DNA from: Laetmonice hystrix
Taxonomy: Eukaryota
NCBI GenBank assembly: GCA_965235115.1
Contig: OZ249442.1
Coordinates: 19,716,001-19,780,000 of the forward strand
Reading direction: 5' to 3'
Length of the DNA: 64,000 nt
The notes under the pieces were generated by a model. That model had not been told where the DNA came from. It ran no database searches and saw nothing but the letters and a program-made list of their open reading frames with translations. Position 1 is the stretch's first letter. Every line of letters begins with the position of its first letter. Both the position numbers and the translations under genes were made by a program. Shown here in pieces: positions 42,150 through 53,434 of this stretch.

Positions 42150-43065
42150 GCAAACATATCTTCACCAGATTGATATGATAAATCTGGACCACACAACCCT
42201 TTACAGGTCTGTGACGGGTCACACAAACCTAGACAGATCTGTGACGGGTCGCACAAACCTATACGTTCACCAGATTGATATGATAAATCTGGATCACACA
42301 ACCCTTTACAGGTCTGTGACGGGTCACACAAACCTAGACAGATCTGTGACGGGCCACACAAACCTAGACAGGTCTGCGACGGGCCACACAAACCTAGGCA
42401 GGTCTGTGACGGGCCACACAAACCTAGACAGGTCTGTGACGGGTCACACAAACCTAGACAGGTCTGTGACGGGCCACACAAACCTAGACAGGTCTGTGAC
42501 GGGCCACACAAACCTATACGTTCACCAGATTGATATGATAAATCTGGACCACACAACCCTTTACAGGTCTGTGACGGGTCACACAAACCTAGACAGATCT
42601 GTGACGGGCCACACAAACCTTGACAGGTCTGTGACGGGCCACACAAACCTAGGCAGGTCTGTGACGGGCCACACAAACCTAGACAGGTCTGTGACGGGCC
42701 ACACAAACCTATAGACAGGTCTGTGACGGGCCACACAAACCTAGACAGGTCTGTGACGGGCCACACAAACCTAGACAGGTCTGTGACGGGCCACACAAAC
42801 CTAGACAAATCTGTGACGGATCACACAAACCTAGACAGGTCTGTGACGGGCCACACAAACCTAGACAGGTCTGTGACGGGACACACAAACCTAGACAGGT
42901 CTGTGACAGGTCACACAAACCTATACGTTCACCAGATTGATGTGATAAATCAGGACCACACAACCCTTTACAGGTCTGTGACGGGCCACACAAACCTAGA
43001 CAGGTCTGTGACGGGCCACACAAACCTAGACAGGTCTGTGACGGGTCACACAAACCTATACGTTT
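42150..43065. repeat. 30-bp minisatellite GTGACGGGYCACACAAACCTAGACAGGTCT with four recurring longer spacer units
   Basis: 30-bp period; spacer TTCACCAGATTGATATGATAAATCTGGACCACACAACCCTTTACAGG starts near 42160, 42266, 42521 and 42928. Confidence 0.97.
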
Positions 43066-44016
43066 AGCTATAGATAGACGGATATAATGTGGACGTAATC
43101 ATGGGTTCCAATCACACACAATACGATGAGGACTTATTACACGCTGGGAATGCCATTGTCAATCCAACCTGCTAAAACCTCTTAACTCTCCTGTCCATTT
43201 TTAAAGACGTTTCAAACCCCTCTTTCTTTCTCACGGCAGGGTTCTTGACACCCGCAAACACCCTCCTGGATACGGGGACGAAGTGTCCTACCCGGATCCA
43301 TTACCAGTCTTAACGTGAGCTGTTGTCTCACTAGGTGTCGCTATCAGTGGGGGGTCAAAGTTCGGCAGCGGCGGGCACGGCGGGATCTCCTCACCTGTGA
43401 CGTAACTCTACTCAAGACATCAAAGGGGCCGCTGATTGAAGTGGCTGGAATCGGCAGCGGGGGGGAGGGGGGAGGGGGGGGGGGGGCTGAGCCTGCCGGG
43501 GTCGCGCGATGACACCTCCACCACCCGTCTGGTGTGGCCACACTCCGGGACAAAACATTACAGACGGTTGCGCCAGTATCACCTTCACATCAAGGCTTCC
43601 ATCGCTGGCCATTTGCTTCTTTATAACAACTCAATCATCATAATGTGTGTTCACTTTGATGTGGTACCGCTCAGTGGCGGCCACGCCTATATATCAACTT
43701 ATCACAGTCTGGGATCGCTCAACTGTGCAAAGTCTGAGGGGACAAAAGAAACAATTCTTTAGTACTAATTCCATTTTAAAATACTTTTTATTTTCTCGTA
43801 ATGAAAAGAAAATCGTATATCTACACGATAATGTTTCTTTAAGTGAGGTGCCGCCTCTGTTATGGCAACTTGCGATACGAGGTGACTTAAGTATATTATA
43901 CCATACGGAGATCAAACGGCCTCAGACTGCCTGGCGTAACTCTCTCCCTTTTCATATGTGTCGTGGCGCCTATATACTGTCTATGTTACCTCCCATCAGT
44001 CTTTGTAATAAGATAA

Positions 44017-44160
44017 NNNNNNNNNNNNNNNNNNNNNNNNNNNNNNNNNNNNNNNNNNNNNNNNNNNNNNNNNNNNNNNNNNNNNNNNNNNNNNNNNNNN
44101 NNNNNNNNNNNNNNNNNNNNNNNNNNNNNNNNNNNNNNNNNNNNNNNNNNNNNNNNNNNN
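44017..44160. other. Assembly gap (N run)
   Basis: N characters. Confidence 1.
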
Positions 44161-46089
44161 GTGTGTGGATGGGATAACCACATAACGTCAAAATATATAC
44201 TCATAACATAAAAATACCACTATACGCCACAACTGTTGTACAAATTTGTGGTATTTATGTTTCTATATACGGTAACAGGATCTCAGGAATATTTCAATCT
44301 GAGAAAATTAAATATTTTCAACTGTATATTTTGTGGCGTTTCCACATATTTGATATTTTCTTATATACAACCTCATTTTGCTACATCTCTCTTGTTGGCC
44401 TTTCTTTTTTTCATTCACATAAGATTAAACTCAATAAAATACGCTTACTTACAGAATACGAAGTCAACCTAGACTGAACTCAATTAACGCAAGGGAGAAT
44501 CGTTTTGAGATGGCAGTACTCGAGTCGAGTTTGCGAGACCGGCAGAAATTATGAGAGGATTTTTATATCATATTGGTATGTATATATCTGTACAATAATA
44601 TTCTATAATAATTTTTAACGTCAGTCGCACTATGCAGCGGGGTCAACTCGGGGTTAACCATAAAGTTCTTTGTTGCGAATAATGATAATTGTCTGAAGTT
44701 ATCCTTTTTTTTACAAATACATCATCATTCTTATTATTATGCCTACTTTCTGAAGAAGGGCTTTGATTGACCTTTGAACCACTGGTTCAAGAGTTTCGAC
44801 TCGATCAGCTGTTAATGGGCATGTGTGTAAAACGCGCGGTTTATATACGCACACAATCTGCGTGCTCGTGTGTGCGCGTGCGCACGTAATACGTTCTATA
44901 AGATTGCTCCATCACTGACGTGCGCTCTGGTCATAATTCCTGTGTATAATGTTAAGGCGAACGCCTTGCTTTAACACACAGACTGTCCATGTGGTGTGTC
45001 TATTGCTAACACATAGTATACACTGTGTCTATGTGTTAGTGCTCACGCACACACTGCTCAGTAACGCACACACTGCCCCCGTGCACTTTGTGTTGTGACC
45101 CATCGCTCACGCACGCATTCTCAACATAATGTGTCCATTGCTAACGCACACACGGCATGTCGTCATGTGATTGTCTGTTGATAACTCACAGTTATCTATC
45201 AGTACCCCCAAGTCCTCAGTCAGGGGGGAAGGGGACGAGGGGTGTAGCCGACCTTGTCCATGACGCCATCCAGTCGGCCTACTCGTGTAGGATGAATCCA
45301 TCAGTATGCTGATCGACCGTCACTCAGATCATTTTGACCATATACTATAAGTATATGTGTATACCAAAATATTGACGACACTGCGACTGTCTGCAACGCT
45401 CGTGACGTCAATATACACGGGTCACGTGACTTCGGCGTCCTATACCTTGACCTCGTTTAATTTACTGGAAAAAAACCAACGAAAAGGTAATTTATTAGTC
45501 TATTCGTGGTATAGACAATCATGGACCGGACACGGAAATAATTGACTTTACTTTTAATTACATCGCCTTTATAGACCTTTAAAGGACATATTTCACTCAC
45601 ATACAGGGTAACAGTGGTATAGATGTATACTTAATTGAATGGCCACATATTACATCGAGAAAGGCCGACATACATAAAGAGGGAAACAGTGAAAGAGACT
45701 AACAGTTTTGACATAGAGGCATAATATAGACCTGCACCGAACGCAACCATGCAATTTATGGTGTGTCTACTCCATGATTAAAAGTTACCAAGAGTGAATG
45801 TTGTCGCGTGAACGCCTGTAGATTCTGTGTTTAGTTAACAAATTTATGCAATGTAGAGTGACCCCCAAAAGTAGGTTTGCAGTTGAATTGTTATATTTTT
45901 CTTGAGGCTGAACAGTAACTTTACAGTGGAATTTTCGTCAGTTTTCGTCTATACTTACTAAGGAAGATGTAAATGCAGCATGTAATTAAGGATAATAAAT
46001 AAAATTAAACTAGAATTAAATTATTTAATTAATCTAACTTTAAAACTACTTTTAAACCACTCTGTACAACATGCAGGACAGGAGCTTAC

Positions 46090-46183
46090 CTCTTGATGAC
46101 AGGTTTAAAGGCGGTTTTATCGCCTCCCTCACAGCTCAGGGAGACAGCCTCTCCTCGAGATTCCGACATGCTTGGTCGCTCAC
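46090..46183 (-). CDS. Irx: Irx coding exon 5 (94 nt, GERPSMSESRGEAVSLSCEGGDKTAFKPVIK-R/S); not in the ORF track
   Basis: Acceptor TATTTCTGTCGTTCCAG|GT (phase 1, matches exon 4); open frame; donor AAGAG|GTAAGC (phase 2). KTAFKPV resembles the recalled vertebrate IRX3 C-terminal KTAFQPV. Confidence 0.85.
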
Positions 46184-47889
46184 CTGGAACGACAGAAATA
46201 ACACAACGTTAACATAATGTCCATCGACATCAGCCAATGTTCGGTAACACCTATAGTCATAGAGCGGTGTAGGCGGTTCATGTCCTCCCTTCTAACATAC
46301 TGGAACAATTCGAGCCGGGGGGAAAACTGGCTTTACGTCAACACGCAATTCATTGTGGAGGCTGTCAGAGGGCCTGCCCCGCTGGGAGAATGAGTCGACA
46401 GTGGTGTTGTCACAAATACACACTTCATGACTGTTGAAAGGTTCTTTGTTGCGCACACAGGCCACGTAACAGCTATTGTTGGAGAGAGACAATATCGCTC
46501 TGTTACATTTGGTGCGTCGATCAATACGATTTGCACGAAAAGTGTCAGAATGCTATCTACAAGCACAAACAGTGGAATCTCGGTGTGTATGGGGGTTGTT
46601 ACATTCAGAAAACACATGAATCAACATGGTTCACGAATACCAAATACACGGAGGAATGTTTCAAGGACATGGTATATATGGACTTTAACAGAATGATCAT
46701 CATGGCAATGGCTGTATACACTCCATGGGAGAGGGGCAGGGGTTAGGAGTTCATCCTGGACAAGCTCATGAAGACGACGTCCATGTAGGCTGGGGAGGGG
46801 GGGGGGGGGTACCTTAGCATGTATCCCATGGCAACAATTGTAGACCCCCCTCGTATGCACAAATTGCTACGAGAGTCTAATCCAATCGAAGCCGCTGACT
46901 CTCACAGTATTTCCAGTTTTAGATTGTAGTTGTCAGGGACACGATGACCGCAGTTTAGCGGGGCGGAGTGGTGCCCTGACTGACATTGGCGAGTACACTG
47001 GTAGAAATTGGGGTCAGTCGACCTATCGAAATGACCGGGGCTGTCCTAGGGGTCGGTCAATTATTCTCCGCCCCCAACCCGACCCCAACCCCCGGTCCTG
47101 GTCACAGCGAGCGGAGACCGCCCAGACTACGACCGTAACAGGGGACCCGTCTGTATACGTGGATCACGTGACCTGATTTCGTCATCCGTCGAGCAGATGA
47201 CAGTTGGTGGTGGAGAGGTCATCAGATATCACCACTGTTGTTCAAATACAATTCTCAACTTGTCTGTCTGTGTTATTGGCTGGTACTTTTAACACACCAA
47301 CATTTGGCAATGAATTTATGTTATTATCAATCTCTGACATTGAGGAGATTTTCGTTTTCGCACAAACGCGAGAAACAAATTGGAAAAGTTGGGAGATTTA
47401 TATCGTTTGGGCAGGGTTTCAACGGTGTAGACCTAACTAGGCGGGGGATATTTGAGCACAGCACTTTGAAATAACTAAACATCGAAGCAAATTTGAAACG
47501 CCTGTAAAATTGAAACGAAAAACGCGCTCGCATGACGACGCACACTTTAAAAAGGTGTTGAGATGAGAGCACATTATAATATCAAATGTCAGCGAGTGTA
47601 AACAGAGCAATCAATTCTCATATCACTGTACAATTAGAACAAAACATCAACGTATAGCAAGTAAGTGACATTTGTTCATGAATTGTGGCAGCAAGGCGAG
47701 TGAAAAGTCATTTGTCGACAATTAAAGTCTAGATTACAATTTGCATATAGCAACTTTTGATTCAGCGAAGAATTTGATTTTTAATGATAGGCCATAATGA
47801 TAGGTCTATGTTGACAAAGTGACACTGTAGAACTCACCACCCCATTAAACTCGATTGAAATCACTGAGTGGAAATGAAACCTGGCTCAC

Positions 47890-48600
47890 CTGGCCTGGAG
47901 TAGAAGCCGTTGTGATGCAGGGAGAGTCCGCCGGGCATGGGGAAGGTACCAAGGGGGAGTCCAGCGGGCGGGCGGCCGTACGGGGCGTGGGGTGGTGGGG
48001 GGAGGCCGTGTGCGGCGGCGGCTGCTGCGGCGGCGGCCGCCAAGCCGTACGGCGACCCCGCCGCCTCGGTCCAAGCTCTCAGCGTGCTCAGTGCGGACGG
48101 CACGGCAGGCTGGCCCGGCCCGGGGGTCGGGCGGACGGGCCCCGTGGACGTCGGACTTCCTCGACCTGGCTGGGTCGTGTGGTTACTACTGCTGCTGCTA
48201 CTGCTGCTTGTGACAATGTCTGCTAACGACCAGATCTTAGGTTTGTGGACTACATGGGTGGAGATTGAGGAGGAGGAGGGAGGTGGCGAGTTAATCTCCC
48301 GGCTGCTCGTGGTTGTTGTAGCCGAGGTGGCGGTAGAGGCGGTACTGGTTGGCCTCAGTCCTGGGTGAAGATGGAAGGAGTCTGAGGGCGCCGCCGGCCG
48401 GGGTTGCGAGGTCGGGGCCGTCACGGTGTAGGGTGTGAAGAAGCTGGGAGAGGTGGGCAGACCGCTGGGACCAGGCGAGCCGCGGGTCGGCGGGCTGTGG
48501 TGGAGGCCGTCCCGGTGGAGGTAGGAAGGCCGGCGGTCGGTGGGCGGGCTGCCCGGCCGACCCGGCCCAGGGTGATGCCGTGTCGCCTCCCCGTCCGAAC
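47890..48600 (-). CDS. Irx: Irx coding exon 4 (711 nt) containing the IRO box KPKIWSLADIV (48244-48212) and poly-Ser/poly-Ala tracts
   Basis: Acceptor TTTCTATCCTCGAGCAG|GT (phase 1, matches exon 3). The frame is open throughout and contains the IRO box. Donor CCAG|GTGAGC, phase 1. Confidence 0.95.
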
Positions 48601-48897
48601 CTGCTCGAGGATAGAAACATGGAATGATCAGAACGAGTCCCATGATGTTAGATAACGATATATAGGCCACCTTCATACAGTGACGGGAAACTGATATCAC
48701 TTATAGCGGCCCTATACCCGCCGTTCTCACAAATCTATCGAATACTTATTTCATTCATGTTTTCAATGATAAGTTAAAGTTCTGTAGGCCAACAATGAAA
48801 TGCAATCAATGTCTGGAACCTGAGCGAGCGTAAAATAAATTATATCTATAACCACCAGACAGGGGTACGTGGGACTTGCCCCTTACATATACATGTA

Positions 48898-49147
48898 CAG
48901 GGTGCCCCCCCCCCCCGAAAAAAGTCCAGGCCAAACTATATCTTCCCCTATATCCTTATAAGGAATCTTCTTACATGAAAAATAGTCTTCAATGCATTAA
49001 AATCAGTCAAGCAAATCAAAAGTTATGCCGTTTTTGGTAAAGCGAAGTATTTTTTATGTAACTGTTTATCATGTAAGAAGATTCCCATCAGGATCCGGGG
49101 AACATAGATTCTTAGGTTGGCGTGGACATTTATTTTGGGACACCCTG
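48898..49147. mobile_element. Tc1/mariner-type non-autonomous element (MITE, 250 bp) in Irx intron 3
   Basis: Left end TA-CAGGGTGCCCC...AAAAAAGTCCA; right end TGGACATTTATTTTGGGACACCCTG-TA. Imperfect TIRs with a TA target site and no ORF. Confidence 0.75.
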
Positions 49148-49729
49148 TATATACATGTTTCCTATATTAATAATTCTCACTACAGCGTCACCATTACACG
49201 GTATCAATATAACTGGTGCACGAGCAGGTCAGACTTTGACCGACAGTAGACGATTGCCTGTTGTCATATAAACCAAGGTCAAAGGTCAGGGGTTGTCATG
49301 TTGCTCGACCTGTCAACCTGTCACGGATACTTATATCGTGCACGTGTTCATTAACAGACTATATCAAACAGGACACCGTGCTAACCACATCAAACCCAGT
49401 CTCTATTATACAATAATCACACGGTTATGACCTGATTCTCTTCTCATTATGTATGCCTCGTATTATATGATATGAATAATCACAAAGGTGATGCATATAT
49501 TAGTATATATAGCGAAGACATTTGATCGAGTGGAACCCTCCAGTTACTGTTTTTTTACGAGTGGCGGAGTTAGTCCCATGTACCTGATCTGATTCTCAAT
49601 GGACAATGCAGTTGCTCCATTTATTCTCTATCGAAAAGGTATATTCATTCTCTATATCTCTATGTCTTACTGTATTAACTATATTCAAATGAGGCCCCGC
49701 GTTGAAGGCTTTCTGTCTCTCTGTCTGTT

Positions 49730-49770
49730 TGGCTCTGTATCTCTCTGTCTCTCTCCGTCTGTCTGTCTGG

Positions 49771-49831
<61 letters not shown>

Positions 49832-49952
49832 TCCCTCTTCCTCTCTCCCTCTCTCTCTCTGTCCCACACTCACCCACACACACACTCTCTCACTCTCTAT
49901 CACTCTCTATCACTCTCTATCACTCTCTCTCACACACACCTCTCTCTCTCAC

Positions 49953-49990
<38 letters not shown>
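49730..49990. repeat. (CT)n/(CA)n compound microsatellite in Irx intron 3
   Basis: Directly visible. Confidence 0.98.
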
Positions 49991-51590
49991 TTGACCTTCC
50001 GTGTGGGCCTACTGACAATATAACAATCCCCTTTATCTATGTAAAGCCGAAGTTGGCCGATAATATGGTTACCACATCATGTCACCTTTTGGTTCACTAT
50101 CGCCGCCCACATACAGGTATCCGTAACCCACATTTTTATCTATGTATTCAAAAACAGGCCTCAGCAACCTATAGGCCTAGATTGAGTGAGATTGTAGTAT
50201 CCCATATATATTACCCCGGAGGGGGTAAACCCACTGCATGTCTGCCTCTGTGTTACTCGATTTGGATTGAAACATTTAATCCAAAATATTTTATAATTTG
50301 TGAGCGATTGGAGTTGATGGCGGCGGCGATTCGCAAACGCTTTCTGTTCCCAAAACGACGCGACCGAAGACCCCCGATCCTCCTCACCCTGTCGCTCTCC
50401 TTACCCCCACTCCCATCTCAACCACAACGACACCGCCACAACCTGCCGCTGAATGAGCCAGAGAGAATTTAATCAATTTCACCAGTCGAATGCAAAGTGA
50501 TAGAATAATTGAACGCTGGCATTAGAATTGTCCTTTTTGTTTTGGTGGTACATTTCATTAAGGCTGCCCGATCAGCTGTTGGCCGACTGAGCCGGAGACC
50601 TGAGAAGCACACACAGCCGGCCCACCGGCCCCTAGTCACCGCTGCCTTTTATTCGCCGTCCTAAGCAAGCAAACAGTCATTAGTCAGTTTATTAGCTTTA
50701 TCATAAGCGGACCACAACGACGATTGGCGGGAAGCGAAGGGAAATTAGGCCCGGCCACTAATGTGTCAGGAGCGGAGGGATCCGCTGACAAAGGGGAGCA
50801 CCAAGGGCGAATGATCCGCGATAAAATGGTAATCAAAGCCCAACTTTCGCGGATCAGGAAATTCTAGCTCTTCATTGTATCATTTCTGAGCAGTGCCCGA
50901 GAGTGAATTATGTTGATCTGAGAGGGCATGTTGCCTGCCTGATGGAGGCTGAGAGTAGTCGCAGGGGTTTAACTATTCTCCTCGCAATAATCGGATACCG
51001 TATCAGTATAACAGGGTTATGAGAATAAACTTAACGCTGAATAGATTGCCATCACCTCTTGGCTTCAATCAAGTCCCACCAATTCACCAATTCAGTCCCT
51101 GTCACGCCACCTTCCTAGAAGTACTGCCCGGTTCTATAAGGTCCTATTTCTCCCGGCCCCAGAGGCATGCCGGACTATCATATTCTGCTTCGGGCAAGTG
51201 CACTTAATTTGCGGGCCAATTCAAACCATAACATGCCCTTGGTGTGAGAGTAAGGTGGACCGGAGACGCCGGAGGGGGTGGGGAAGTAGGGGTATACAGT
51301 ATCACCCCTAACCCTGGAGGGGGTATTCTCAGAATACACATCAGTATTTACGTAACAGAAGTTGTTTCGTGCCCAGCGTCGAGTCGTCCAAACGACGGAG
51401 GTGAATTGTAAGAGTCGATCGTCTTTTATACCCGGGTTGTTTTTGTGTGTCATAAGACTTAGTCACAGGAAAACAATGATATTTGTCCAGGCTAATTTAA
51501 GGTATAAACTAAATATCTTATAGTATAGAGTTAGTTTTCAATACTTTCTGCACATCAACGTATTTTACCTTCCCTTTAAGGGTACTACTA

Positions 51591-51779
51591 TACGTTCTGA
51601 AATAAGAAAGTGACGTCAGGCAGGGCAATTGGACGTCACGGGGTCCAGACATCACGTCACGCGATCTTACTTCACGTCTTGTTGTGAGAATGAAACGTCA
51701 TATCGCGTTATTAATTTTGACGTGTGCTGGAACGTAGAAATGACGTCAGAGTTAAGAATATGACGTCACACAGAACGTA
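51591..51779. mobile_element. MITE-like element (about 190 bp) with 9-bp terminal inverted repeats and multiple TGACGTCA
   Basis: TACGTTCTG at 51591 and CAGAACGTA at 51771; TGACGTCA at 51611, 51741 and 51761. Confidence 0.5.
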
Positions 51780-53434
51780 ATTATAGTGGTCAGAGGCAGA
51801 TTTGATCCCGGGGCTTGGATTGGTGGACTCTCTGCATGAACACAGAACGCCGCCAGTATATGACCTTGTTAGCACCGCCTTCCCCTGGTGGTGACCCAGT
51901 CAAACTAATCGATCCAAGACGCCTGCATGGGTACGCCTGTATAATATACATCGTGAACCGGCATGTATGTCCCCTGGTTTGCTGTCTTTCAGAATCATCT
52001 GAAATCTATAAACCTCACGTCAGACTCGACATCGAATGTCACCAGATCACCCCACGGTTCTCCGAGTGGACTATGGCTATATACCCTGGTGATAGATGAT
52101 CTGTGCTGTAACTGAGAGAAATTACTTTTGGTGAGCGAAGTGACCCAACACACGTTTAGAGCCCTCTCTTTGAGAGCTGTGGTTGAGTTAAGACGGATCC
52201 AATGACCGTATGATTGACATAATACATTGCTGCACCATGCACACTGCTTGGAGGGGGCGCATGCATGAAGACATCAGTCTCCTGCATGCCTGCCTGCATG
52301 TATATGTATTAAACAATTAGGAATTTATGTGTAACTCTATACATAATATTGTATATAACTGTAAGTTGCCATCGGGTTGAGCGTGTGACATACAGATCTG
52401 TATTGGCAGCTAGGTATGGATGTACCTGGAGGCGACCGCCGACACTGGCCCATTATTGCCGCATGCTATCCTTTACATATGTCAGAAGCCACGTAAGGTT
52501 ACGACCTTTCTGTGCGGACACCAACAGGCCTGGCCGGCCGCGTGGGCACTGGTCCAAACTCAACACGACTGACAGGTCGTCACCTGTCGCCCGACCGTAC
52601 CTAACCGACACGACACGACCGCAGGCGTACACTACTCTCAGTCCTGAACCGACTCTTCGATCACAGACCATGGAGTACACCTTTACATTACATGACCATA
52701 TGTGGTCAGTTACAGTCAGACCCCGTTTATCCGAACACCTATACGGATTACTGGATCATTTTAAATGGCGAATTAATGGCGAGGTGACCAGAACGTTCGG
52801 ATTGTGGGGTACACGGGTTAAGGAAGCAGGGATTAATGAGGTCAGACTTTATACGGAGTGGTGAGGGGTCAAGTTGTCTACCCCCCCCTCCGGGAGGGAA
52901 GGGACCCCGTACCATAACGGCCGCCTGTCACACGGCCAGGTGACCGGGCCAACGACTCAAACCGTTCTATACCCACCCGATAACAACTATACCTGCTTTC
53001 TCAATTTTCCGACCGGTCCCGTCAGAAAGACGGACCCCATACTGGAGCGAGGAAAACTGCCGAGTGATGTTTATCTTGGGATCAGCGGGGGTGTAAGTGT
53101 CCCCCCCCCATGCGTCCCCTGGGGTAAGTCCAGTACCCCCTGAGATCATACAGGAGATACCTGTGACATACATGCCCGACGTTAACGGTTAAACTCTCTG
53201 TGCTAACGGTCAGCGCAGTCGGGATGAGGTGATGTGGTGGTGTTGTGGTGATGTTGGTGTTGATACGAACACAGTCGGAGGGGAAGGACCCGTGCACAGA
53301 TCTGTGTGAACCCCGTCTCAGGACCCCCTGATCGTGGGTCGGCGGCGCCCAAGTGCTGTATCCATTTCACGGCTGTTTACGTCGCCGACTGCTTCAGGGC
53401 TTGGCGCATGCTCCCACCCCACACAGTGACTTAA

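Noticed and set aside
42150-43065. CRISPR-like repeat/spacer appearance
   Set aside because: The DNA is eukaryotic with a spliceosomal gene, the spacers are not unique, and there are no cas genes.
23878-43067. Repetitive ORFs at 23878, 25429, 35196, 39786, 39831, 42140 and 42175
   Set aside because: All coincide with tandem arrays and have no homology signal.
200-48900. Recurrent TACATGTA as Irx autoregulatory sites
   Set aside because: It matches a reported Irx-type site, but it occurs in AT-rich filler sequence and is a commonly over-represented word in many marine invertebrate genomes; no clustering near the gene was seen.
49599-50472. ORFs with SLSLSL/ERERER runs
   Set aside because: These are translations of the (CT)n microsatellite.
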